DNA of 64,000 nucleotides, from the IMG/VR virus record IMGVR_UViG_3300036771_000090, positions 1 to 64,000 of that record, one strand, 5' to 3'. How positions within the stretch are numbered: the first letter of the stretch is position 1; every line of letters starts with the position of its first letter. Below, piece after piece: positions 55,744 to 63,179 of the stretch. The notes below the pieces were generated by a model that made no database searches, had not been told where the DNA came from, and worked only from the letters and a program-made list of their open reading frames with translations. Source of the DNA: a virus. Position numbers and translations under genes: made by a program.

Positions 55744-55959
55744 TCATGATTCTTTGGCGAAATGGACTTCCACCGGGCGCGCGTCGTTGAGCGCGGTGGC
55801 GATGGCCTGGGCCACGGAGATGTCCGTGTACCGGGCCACGATGTCCTCCACGGTGCGCGCCGGAACACCCGGCCGGCGGATGACGGACCTGCGGACCACC
55901 ACAGCGTCCTTCAGACGCTGGCGCGTCTCGTACTTCACGGTCATCTTGTGTGCGGGCAT
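55744..55959 (-). CDS. Hypothetical protein
   Basis: AGGAATCCAGGAAGGG leader. Confidence 0.55.
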   Translation of the reverse strand: MPAHKMTVKYETRQRLKDAVVVRRSVIRRPGVPARTVEDIVARYTDISVAQAIATALNDARPVEVHFAKES

Positions 55960-56001
55960 GTGGGGGCTGCCCTTCCCTTCCTGGATTCCTGGTACAGACG
56001 T

Positions 56002-56038
56002 CAGCCCCCGGCGGCCGGGAGACGGCCGCCGGGGGCTG
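56002..56038 (-). terminator. Terminator-like hairpin
   Basis: CAGCCCCCGGCGGCCG / CGGCCGCCGGGGGCTG. Confidence 0.7.
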
Positions 56039-56049
56039 CTGGGCTGCTC

Positions 56050-56214
56050 TCAGCCCTGTTGTCCGGTGCTGATGTACTCCGCCGCGATGGACAGGTTCTC
56101 CTCCACGAAGCGCGTGTGCTGCTCCGGACGGCATTCGGTCCGGTCGCATTCAATCGCCTCACGGATCACTTCCGCAACGAACTTGCCCGTGTCGGCCACG
56201 GTGGTCCTGATCAC
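56050..56214 (-). CDS. Small hypothetical protein
   Basis: AGGAGG RBS; GTGA coupling. Confidence 0.5.
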   Translation of the reverse strand: MIRTTVADTGKFVAEVIREAIECDRTECRPEQHTRFVEENLSIAAEYISTGQQG

Positions 56215-56411
56215 ATCGTCCTCCTGTCCGGCAGACTGCTCACGAAGGCGGCTTTCGTCCGCCACGCGGCCCCGCACTGTGTGCAGCGGACCAGGGAGTA
56301 CGGGGACCAGGTCCGCCGGTTTCCGCTGAAGGCGCTGTAATGCGCGTTCCTGATCACGACCACCCAGAAGTCCCGGTGGCCGCGGTCCCGGCACGCCAGT
56401 CCGTCGCTCAC
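56211..56411 (-). CDS. Small Cys/His hypothetical protein
   Basis: GTGA coupling; HYSAFSG...YSLVRCTQCGAAWRT. Confidence 0.55.
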   Translation of the reverse strand: MSDGLACRDRGHRDFWVVVIRNAHYSAFSGNRRTWSPYSLVRCTQCGAAWRTKAAFVSSLPDRRTM

Positions 56412-56767
56412 CGCCGGGCCGTCCGTTCCGTCCGGCAGCCGCACCCGGTCTGGGAGCAGGTGTCCATCTCTTCGGTGTCGGGCCCGTGATCCGGGTGGCC
56501 GCAGAACCGGCAGGTCTCCAGCCGGTCGTACACCCGGTCAGCCATGATCATGTCCAGCACGGCTTTCCAGGCGTCCGCCTCCTTCTGCCACTGCCGGGTC
56601 AGCCGGCCCAGCGCGGCAGCGCGGGCTTCGGTGGGAACCGCGGCGCTCCACCGGAACCGGTACGCCTCCGTCTTCCTGACCGCCTCCGCGTAGGAGAACC
56701 GGATCTGGGCCTCCACGTTCGCGGTGACCCGGGGGCCGGCGGCCGGACGGCTGTGCGGGGTGGTCAT
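56408..56767 (-). CDS. Hypothetical protein with C-terminal Cys cluster
   Basis: GGAGG RBS; ATGA coupling. Confidence 0.55.
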   Translation of the reverse strand: MTTPHSRPAAGPRVTANVEAQIRFSYAEAVRKTEAYRFRWSAAVPTEARAAALGRLTRQWQKEADAWKAVLDMIMADRVYDRLETCRFCGHPDHGPDTEEMDTCSQTGCGCRTERTARR

Positions 56768-57732
56768 GAGACAGCCTCCAGGCCGCAGGAACCAGCAGTG
56801 ATCCCGGTAGCTGCGGTGATGAGCGACCGGGCGAACAGGGGGGGTACGACATTGCCGGCAAGGGTGTACCGCTGTCCCGCGTTGCCATGGATGACCAGAT
56901 CCCGCCTGAGTCCGTTAAGAGCGGCGGCTTCGGCGACGGTAGGGCGCAAGTGCGGGAGACTGCGCTCTTTCCACCGGTCGGTTCCCATCGCTTTGCGCAT
57001 GGCCTGGCGGGACCCGTTGCCGAATGGCTCCGCGCCGCCGGTACTTGTTCCGCCGCTGGTAACGGTGGGTGCGGGGCGCTGGGTGTAGCCCCAGCCGATG
57101 ATGTCGGCCATGGCGACCAGCGGGGGCTGGCCGGTCCCGCCGTGGGTGGGTTCGGGCAGGATGACCCCGTGCATCCGGGATGCCAGGAGAACGGCGCGGG
57201 GCCGGTGCGATCCGAGTCCGAACCGGGCCGCGTCAAGAACTCCGGTGGTCACGGAGTAACCGTGGTTCCGGAGGATGCCGGCGTAGTGCTCCCACACGGA
57301 AAGCACGCTGGGCACCTGTTCCATGGCGATCCACTCGGGTTCGAGATCATGTATCCACCGCATGGGTTCAGCGGTGAGAATGCTCCGGGAGTCAAGGCAC
57401 CGGGCCCCGTGCTGTGCACGGGTGTCGTGGCCGCTGGCCAGGTCGTCAATCGCTGAGCAGATGTGCGGAAGGTCGTGGCGGCCTTTCCCGCTGCCCATCC
57501 TGGAGAACGGGGGGCACGGCGGGGACCAGATACCGCCCCAGGTACGGCCACGGAACGGCGCGGTGGGGTACTGGCTCACGTCACAGCGGATGGTCGGATG
57601 CCCGGCGCCGGCCCGGGTGCGGCAAGCGCTCTCACTGAGTTCCAGCCCGGTATCAGACAGGCCAAGCCCGCGGAGGGCTTCGGACCAGCCGATGCCCGCG
57701 AAGCCGTGGACGATACGGCCGGCGGCCGTCAC
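56764..57732 (-). CDS. DNA cytosine-C5 methyltransferase (orphan)
   Basis: FAGIG (I), SPPCPPFS (IV), MEQVP (VI), HRPR (VIII), AGNVVPP (X); GTG start coupled to upstream stop. Confidence 0.88.
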   Translation of the reverse strand: MTAAGRIVHGFAGIGWSEALRGLGLSDTGLELSESACRTRAGAGHPTIRCDVSQYPTAPFRGRTWGGIWSPPCPPFSRMGSGKGRHDLPHICSAIDDLASGHDTRAQHGARCLDSRSILTAEPMRWIHDLEPEWIAMEQVPSVLSVWEHYAGILRNHGYSVTTGVLDAARFGLGSHRPRAVLLASRMHGVILPEPTHGGTGQPPLVAMADIIGWGYTQRPAPTVTSGGTSTGGAEPFGNGSRQAMRKAMGTDRWKERSLPHLRPTVAEAAALNGLRRDLVIHGNAGQRYTLAGNVVPPLFARSLITAATGITAGSCGLEAVS

Positions 57733-58889
57733 CGGCCCGGCTCCGCCCACTGGGCACCGATACCGGCCAGCCAGGCGGTGACCAGCTCCTCCGCCATCCG
57801 CTGCGCGGTCAGTGCGTCGTTGTGGCCTCTCAGGTGTTCCGGGACGTAGACCGGGAGAACAGTGCTCACCACGTAGTTCGGATCGGTCCGCCGGGACTTC
57901 CAGCTCAGGGAGACCAGTTCGACACCGTTGGAGCGGCCCCGGTACCCGGACCCTTCGGTCCTCCTCCAGACGATCGGGGTCCCCGGGTACGCCTCCTCCA
58001 GCGCGTCGGCCAGGAACTGGCGGCGCCCCAGACGCTGCTCCTCCACGGTCCGGATCACGCGGATCTTCACCGCGTCGCGGTACACGGCGGAGTACGACGT
58101 TCCGGGCCGCCCGTCGCCCGGAAGCCGGTAGCTGACCGAGTCGTCCGTGATCTGCTCGATCCAGCCGGTGGCCTTCGAGCCGGACAGTTTCCAGGACAGC
58201 TCCACTTCGTCCCCCTCCTGGACAGCCTGGGCCGCCCGGGGCGCCGGGTTGCTCTCGCTGCACCGGGTGTGGCCCAGGTCGTAGCAGTCGTGGAAGGGGA
58301 GCCGGTCCGCGTCCGTCTTGAAGTCCGCGATGAAGGCCGTACCGTCCGCCAGCGTTCCGGCCAGGTCGGGCTGGTACTCCGTCAGCGGGTACGTCCAGGA
58401 GGCGCTGAAGACGTCTCCGCAGATCTTCACCACGTCGTCCCCGGTCTTCCAGGCGTGACCGGGCTGGACCTTCCAGACCTCCGGGGCACCGTTCACCTGG
58501 ACGGTGATCTTGTTGGCTCCCCGGACACCGGTGACGCTGCCGCGCGGAGTGGACGGGGTGGTCCCGAAGAAGTGCTGCGACAACAGATACGCCTCCGCCG
58601 TGGCGGAGATCTCTTCGTGGCTGGCCGCCAGGCGCTCCACTTCCTCCAGCGCCTCCGCCGGGGTCAGCCGGCCAACGGCGTCCGCCGGACGCTCGGTGCC
58701 GGCCGCAGCCCAGCCGGCCGCGGTGAGGTAGTGGCCCATCTCGCCGTCGTGCCGGCCGTACTCCACCAGCCCGCGGTCCATCAGCGCCACCCTGGTTCCG
58801 GTCCTTCCGGAGTTCAGGTACTGCCATCCGCGGTTCCGCGCGAACGCGTCCAGCATGTTCATCATCACGGGGGAGAGCTTCCTGGCCAT
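57729..58889 (-). CDS. Cassette paralogue 1: wHTH-like N-terminus + RPAD linker + variable C-terminus
   Basis: KLSPVM...TRVALMDRGLV...LTAAGW...RPADAVGRLTPAEALE. Confidence 0.7.
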   Translation of the reverse strand: MARKLSPVMMNMLDAFARNRGWQYLNSGRTGTRVALMDRGLVEYGRHDGEMGHYLTAAGWAAAGTERPADAVGRLTPAEALEEVERLAASHEEISATAEAYLLSQHFFGTTPSTPRGSVTGVRGANKITVQVNGAPEVWKVQPGHAWKTGDDVVKICGDVFSASWTYPLTEYQPDLAGTLADGTAFIADFKTDADRLPFHDCYDLGHTRCSESNPAPRAAQAVQEGDEVELSWKLSGSKATGWIEQITDDSVSYRLPGDGRPGTSYSAVYRDAVKIRVIRTVEEQRLGRRQFLADALEEAYPGTPIVWRRTEGSGYRGRSNGVELVSLSWKSRRTDPNYVVSTVLPVYVPEHLRGHNDALTAQRMAEELVTAWLAGIGAQWAEPGR

Positions 58890-59021
58890 CAGTTCCTTCT
58901 TCCTGTTCCGCCGGTGGTGGGGACCGGCCGCCGTGCGACCCCGGTACGTGGTGTCCCCGGTCGATGCTCCCGGCATCTCGTTGGCGTCCGGTCCCCGTCC
59001 CGGTCTCCCGGGCACAGCTCT

Positions 59022-59062
59022 ATCTTCCCGTACTCCAGTGTCTATGTCAAATGATGTCCAAC
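59022..59062 (-). promoter_or_regulatory. Conserved promoter module P4 (long structured leader 58890-59020)
   Basis: TTGACA (59050-59045)-17-GAAGAT. Confidence 0.75.
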
Positions 59063-59109
59063 GCTGTGAGCTGCGACAATGAAACCAGTTCATGATTCTT
59101 TGACACAGG

Positions 59110-59139
59110 GAAGCCCCCGGACGGCTGTCCGGGGGCTTC
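59110..59139 (-). terminator. Terminator-like hairpin
   Basis: GAAGCCCCCGGAC / GTCCGGGGGCTTC. Confidence 0.8.
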
Positions 59140-59157
59140 AGGGGCGGTACGGCTGGG

Positions 59158-60279
59158 CTACTCCTCCAGCGCGTCGTCCAGTACGCGCCGCAGCGCGCGC
59201 AGGTCGTCCAGCGTCAGCCCCGGGCAGCCGGGCGTCCGGCCGATGATGATCCGGCTGCCGCTTTCCTGGTCCAGGCTCTCCAGCACGGCGTGGAAGTTGT
59301 CCACGACGTCCGGGACGTGCTCCGGGACGGTCTCCGGGACGGTCTCCTTCTCCTCCACCGGCAGCGCGGTTCCGGACAGGTCGGTCTTCACCGCTCCGGC
59401 GTACGTCCGGTACCCCTGGCTCTTCAGGTGGTCGAAGTGCTCCTGATGACCGGCGCACAGGAGCGACACCTTCCCGTCGGACCACACCACCCGGACCACC
59501 GCCGGGGCTCCGCAGCCGGTCCCGTTGCCGCTGGTGGTCTCCGGCACCTGGCCGGCCGTGCAGCGGGGGTTCTCCTTCACGCACACCATGTCCCCGTGGC
59601 CGGCCTGGAGCATGGCGTCCCGGGTGGCCCAGGCCGTCCCGCACTCGCACTCCACGGATTCGTCCGCCTGCTCCGGCTCCAGGTCGTCCACGAACTGCCG
59701 CGTGTCACTGCTCCAGGGGATGGTGTCGGTCGGGTCCATGTGGACCGTGACGTACGTGCGTCCGTGGTTCGGGTGACCCGGATTGTCCACCACGCCACGG
59801 TTCTCCTGCCGCACCGTTCCCGTCCGGCCGCGGTAGCCGGTGTTCGCGTCCAGACGGATCTGGACCCGGGTCCCCATCGGCCACGATTCGTCCAGGGCCG
59901 GGACGTCCATCACCGTGACGCGCGCCTTCGGGTCCCAGTGCATACCATCCCCGGGGCGGATTCCCCGGCAGCCGGGGAATCCCCAGCCGTTCAGCCGCTC
60001 CGCGTACTCCAGCGCTTCGGCCGGCGTCATCCTGCCGTCGTCCGCCGGACGCCCGGTCCCGGACAGCTCCTGGACCAGGGTCCAGCCGGCGGGGGTGAGG
60101 ACCGGGAACAGCCAGGCGTCCCCGTCCTTGTCGGTCACGTTGTGCTGGTAGGTGATCAGACCCCGGTTGATCAACGCGTCTTCCGTGCGGTTGTTGCAGT
60201 AGGCCACGGTCCCCTGGTACCCGTTCTCCGCGGCGTGCCGGAGTTCTGCTTCCATCTTCGGGGAGATGCGAACGGCCAT
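59158..60279 (-). CDS. Cassette paralogue 2
   Basis: RISPKM...TEDALINRGLI...LTPAGW...RPADDGRMTPAEALE; SH3-like and Cys-rich C-terminal parts. Confidence 0.75.
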   Translation of the reverse strand: MAVRISPKMEAELRHAAENGYQGTVAYCNNRTEDALINRGLITYQHNVTDKDGDAWLFPVLTPAGWTLVQELSGTGRPADDGRMTPAEALEYAERLNGWGFPGCRGIRPGDGMHWDPKARVTVMDVPALDESWPMGTRVQIRLDANTGYRGRTGTVRQENRGVVDNPGHPNHGRTYVTVHMDPTDTIPWSSDTRQFVDDLEPEQADESVECECGTAWATRDAMLQAGHGDMVCVKENPRCTAGQVPETTSGNGTGCGAPAVVRVVWSDGKVSLLCAGHQEHFDHLKSQGYRTYAGAVKTDLSGTALPVEEKETVPETVPEHVPDVVDNFHAVLESLDQESGSRIIIGRTPGCPGLTLDDLRALRRVLDDALEE

Positions 60280-60363
60280 CGGGTCCTTCTTTCCTGGGTT
60301 CCTGTCGTGCTGTTGGTTCCATCTTCCCGCACCTGCTTGTCTATGTCAAGTCATGTCATAGAC
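60280..60363 (-). promoter_or_regulatory. Conserved promoter-leader module P5
   Basis: TTGACA (60349-60344)-17-GAAGAT; GTCTATG..CATAGAC arms. Confidence 0.8.
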
Positions 60364-60382
60364 CATTTGCACAGGATGCAAA

Positions 60383-60415
60383 CGGCCCCCGGGAGGGTTG
60401 TCCTCCCGGGGGCCG
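60383..60415 (-). terminator. Terminator-like hairpin
   Basis: CGGCCCCCGGGAGG / CCTCCCGGGGGCCG. Confidence 0.8.
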
Positions 60416-60431
60416 CCGTGCTCCGGCCGGG

Positions 60432-61319
60432 TCAGCTCTTCCAGGGGCCCATGACGGCCACCATCTCCCCCTTCTCCAGGGTCCGGACGTTCCCGTCCGC
60501 GCGGGTGATGACCACCAGCTCCGGCGTGACCTCCCTGCCGTCGCGCCAGACGCTGTACTCCGCGGTCTTCAGCTCCACGGATGCGATCGTCCAGGCGGCT
60601 TCGAATCCGGGGCGGACGGCCCAGTACCGGTACCCGGGCTTGAAGTCCTCCGCGGCCAGCTCCGTGATCGCGGGCTTCTCCGCGGCCGGCTCCATGTCCT
60701 CCAGCCGGACGTACACGATGGTCTGGTGGTCGTCTTCCCGGACCGCGTGCAGACCGTTGCGCCAGTAGGACACGTACCGGGCGGTGAAGGCCGGCTGGGG
60801 AACCCAGGTCCGGTTCCAGGTGTCGAAGTGCGACTGCCGGACGATGACCTGGTCGTCCCTGGTGTAGGTGCGCTCTCCCGCTGCCGGGTACGCCTCCGCC
60901 AGCGCCTCCTCCACGGTCAGCCGGTCAGCGTCTTCCGCAGCACCCGGGTACAGGGTGCGAGCGTCCAGGATCGCGTCAAGTTCGGAGTAGCTGTACCCCG
61001 TCATGCCGTCCCGCCAGGCCGCGTCCGCCAGCGCCTCCTCCACGGTCAGCCGGCCGGTGTCCGCCGGACGGTCCACGCCGTGCTCTGCCAGCCACGACCA
61101 GCCCGCCATGGTGATGACCAGGATGTGGCTGGCACCGTACGTCGGCTTCGGGTGGTCGGTCAGCTCCAGCAGACCACGGGAGACCAGCGCCTTCGCGGTG
61201 GTGTTCCGGCCGTTGAAGACGACCCGGTCACTGCCGTACTTCGCCTGGGTGGCGGCCACGTTGGTCAGGTACTGCCCCATGGTCTGGCTGAGCTTCGGGG
61301 ACTTGGCGGTGACGATCAT
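60432..61319 (-). CDS. Cassette paralogue 3 (linker motif duplicated)
   Basis: KLSQTM...TAKALVSRGLL...ITMAGW...RPADTGRLTVEEALA...DRLTVEEALA. Confidence 0.75.
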   Translation of the reverse strand: MIVTAKSPKLSQTMGQYLTNVAATQAKYGSDRVVFNGRNTTAKALVSRGLLELTDHPKPTYGASHILVITMAGWSWLAEHGVDRPADTGRLTVEEALADAAWRDGMTGYSYSELDAILDARTLYPGAAEDADRLTVEEALAEAYPAAGERTYTRDDQVIVRQSHFDTWNRTWVPQPAFTARYVSYWRNGLHAVREDDHQTIVYVRLEDMEPAAEKPAITELAAEDFKPGYRYWAVRPGFEAAWTIASVELKTAEYSVWRDGREVTPELVVITRADGNVRTLEKGEMVAVMGPWKS

Positions 61320-61402
61320 CGGGTCCTTCTTTCCTGGGTTCCTGTGCTGCTGTGACTCCATAGTTCCGCGAATCCTGGTCTATGTCAAGTCATGTCATAG
61401 AT
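61320..61402 (-). promoter_or_regulatory. Conserved promoter-leader module P6
   Basis: TTGACA (61388-61383)-17-AACTAT. Confidence 0.8.
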
Positions 61403-61414
61403 TATTTCCCAGGA

Positions 61415-61458
61415 CACAGGCCGGCCCGGGAGGACAGTTCCTCCCGGGCCGGCCTGTG
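61415..61458 (-). terminator. Terminator-like hairpin
   Basis: CACAGGCCGGCCCGGGAGGA / TCCTCCCGGGCCGGCCTGTG. Confidence 0.8.
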
Positions 61459-61462
61459 CTGG

Positions 61463-62137
61463 TCAGACCGCTTCCACCGATATGGTCTCCAGCTCCGGGA
61501 TAGATCCCAGTTCGGGACGCACCGCAAGCAGCTTCCGCGCGATGCGGCGGACCGCGGGGAAGGACGGGACGGGCGGGTTTGCGTGCAGACCGGACAGCGT
61601 GCTGAACACGTAGGTGTACGCCTCATAGTCATCCTGGGTGACGCGTCCGGTGTGGTACTGGTCCTCCAGACTGCCCAGCGTCAGCCTGCTCATACGCAGG
61701 ACATCGCAGTCTTCGCAGCGCAATTCAAGGTGCCGGTTGCCGCTTCCGGTGTAAGCGATGTCGCACATGATCCGGTCTGACGCGTTGTGCATACGACAGT
61801 CCGTCACGGTACGGGCGGTCCGGTCTTCCACGCTGTCCAGCGCCTCTTCCACGGTCAGCCGACCGGCGTCCGCCGGGCGGTCCATGCCGTATGCGGCCTT
61901 CAGGAAGGCCCAGCCGTCCAGCGTGACGGTCCAGAGCAGCGTGGTGTCGTGGACCCGGTACTCACCCAACGCACCCAGTTCCGCGTTCGTGGACCAGCGG
62001 ATCATCCCGCGGCGCTCCAGCGCCAGGAGCGTCCGCTTCTCCGGCTCCAGGTGCGCCCGGTAGGCTCCGCGGCCCAGGTAGACCAGCGCCTCCTCCATGG
62101 TCTGGCTGAGCTTCAGGGACTTGGCGGTGGCGGTCAT
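61463..62137 (-). CDS. Cassette paralogue 4
   Basis: KLSQTM...TLLALERRGMI...VTLDGW...RPADAGRLTVEEALD; Cys-containing C-terminus. Confidence 0.75.
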   Translation of the reverse strand: MTATAKSLKLSQTMEEALVYLGRGAYRAHLEPEKRTLLALERRGMIRWSTNAELGALGEYRVHDTTLLWTVTLDGWAFLKAAYGMDRPADAGRLTVEEALDSVEDRTARTVTDCRMHNASDRIMCDIAYTGSGNRHLELRCEDCDVLRMSRLTLGSLEDQYHTGRVTQDDYEAYTYVFSTLSGLHANPPVPSFPAVRRIARKLLAVRPELGSIPELETISVEAV

Positions 62138-62220
62138 CGGGTCCTTCTTTCCTGGGTTCCTGTGCTGCTGTGACTCCATAGTCCCGTGAATCCTGGTCTA
62201 CGTCAAGTCATGTCATAGAT
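62138..62220 (-). promoter_or_regulatory. Conserved promoter-leader module P7
   Basis: TTGACG (62206-62201)-17-GACTAT; near-identical to P6. Confidence 0.8.
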
Positions 62221-62239
62221 TCTTTCCGGGACACGGCGA

Positions 62240-62267
62240 AGCCCCGGGGGACCGGGCCCCCGGGGCT
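62240..62267 (-). terminator. Terminator-like hairpin after transfer/spread operon
   Basis: AGCCCCGGGGG / CCCCCGGGGCT. Confidence 0.7.
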
Positions 62268-62281
62268 GCCTGTACCACGTC

Positions 62282-62695
62282 TCACCTGCGGCGCTTCCCC
62301 TTGCCCTTCGGCTCCTCCAGGGTCTCCCGGAGTGACTTGATCGCGGCAGCGCTTCCGATCATCAGCACGGCCACCGCTCCGACGGCCGCAGCCGCCGCGA
62401 TGACCAGCGCCACCACGGAACCCAGGACAGCGATCAGGACCGGCGCCAGGATGACCGCGATCACGGCCAGACCGCCGGTGATGACCAGTCCGCCGAGAAG
62501 GACGAAGAAGTACGGGACGTACCGGTCCAGGACGTTCTGACCGGGATTCTGGTTCACCGGCGCCGTGTCGATCACCGGCGCCGCGTAGTGGTGGTGGATG
62601 TGGATGACCTGGTCTCCTCCGGGGATCTGGCCCGTCTCCCCTGCCGAAGGCAGGTAGGTGGTCCGGTGGACCACCGCCTTGCGCTGCTCTTCCAT
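62282..62695 (-). CDS. Membrane protein, SpdD-like plasmid spread protein
   Basis: Pro/His N-terminus, long hydrophobic hairpin, basic tail; downstream of traB-like gene. Confidence 0.5.
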   Translation of the reverse strand: MEEQRKAVVHRTTYLPSAGETGQIPGGDQVIHIHHHYAAPVIDTAPVNQNPGQNVLDRYVPYFFVLLGGLVITGGLAVIAVILAPVLIAVLGSVVALVIAAAAAVGAVAVLMIGSAAAIKSLRETLEEPKGKGKRRR

Positions 62696-62701
62696 GCTTC
62701 C

Positions 62702-62803
62702 TCACATCCAGTGCGACACGGCCCAGACCGCTGCCAGGAACAGCAGAACGATCACGGCCAGGGTGCGGTTGGCACGCCACCGGGCCGACCGCCTGTGACT
62801 CAC
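62702..62803 (-). CDS. 33-aa single-TM peptide
   Basis: Manual translation MSHRRSARWRANRTLAVIVLLFLAAVWAVSHWM; GTGA coupled. Confidence 0.45.
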   Translation of the reverse strand: MSHRRSARWRANRTLAVIVLLFLAAVWAVSHWM

Positions 62804-63003
62804 GGGCGGGCCCGGCGCCGGACCACGGCGTACAGCGGCGCGGTGATGATGGCGTCCGCCACGACGATGAACACGATGGCCAGGAAGGTGGCCGCCACCG
62901 GACTGTTGACCTTGTCGCCCGGCAGCAGCGAAGCCACCATGGCGATCAGCAGCAGCACGGCCGCCGCGTGGACGAAGTAGATTATTTCCTTGATCGCTCG
63001 CAT
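62800..63003 (-). CDS. Small two-TM membrane protein (Spd-like)
   Basis: AAGGAAG RBS; two hydrophobic segments. Confidence 0.55.
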   Translation of the reverse strand: MRAIKEIIYFVHAAAVLLLIAMVASLLPGDKVNSPVAATFLAIVFIVVADAIITAPLYAVVRRRARP

Positions 63004-63076
63004 GATCGTTTTCTTCCTTCTCGGGTGTCTGACGCGGGTTGTGACGGATCGGGAGAGTGTCTTAGGTCGGAGCCGG

Positions 63077-63173
63077 TGTCAGCGGTCTGACAGGCGTTTC
63101 TGACAGCCTTCTGACAAGGGCTGACACCGGCTCTGACATGCGGTTCTGACAGGTACTGACACCGGCTCTGACA
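63077..63173. repeat. Phased CTGACA direct-repeat array (candidate clt/TRS locus)
   Basis: CTGACA at 63087, 63100, 63111, 63121, 63133, 63146, 63156, 63168; inverted copy at 63077. Confidence 0.8.
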
Positions 63174-63179
63174 GGGTCT

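Noticed and set aside
56764-58827. 687-aa methyltransferase fusion
   Set aside because: Upstream half is off-frame to the real 57729-58889 gene; MTase motifs start at GTG 57732
53807-62220. Repeated promoter modules as a CRISPR array or integron attC sites
   Set aside because: Repeats are separated by whole genes and match promoter/RBS elements; no cas genes, integron integrase or attC-type structure seen
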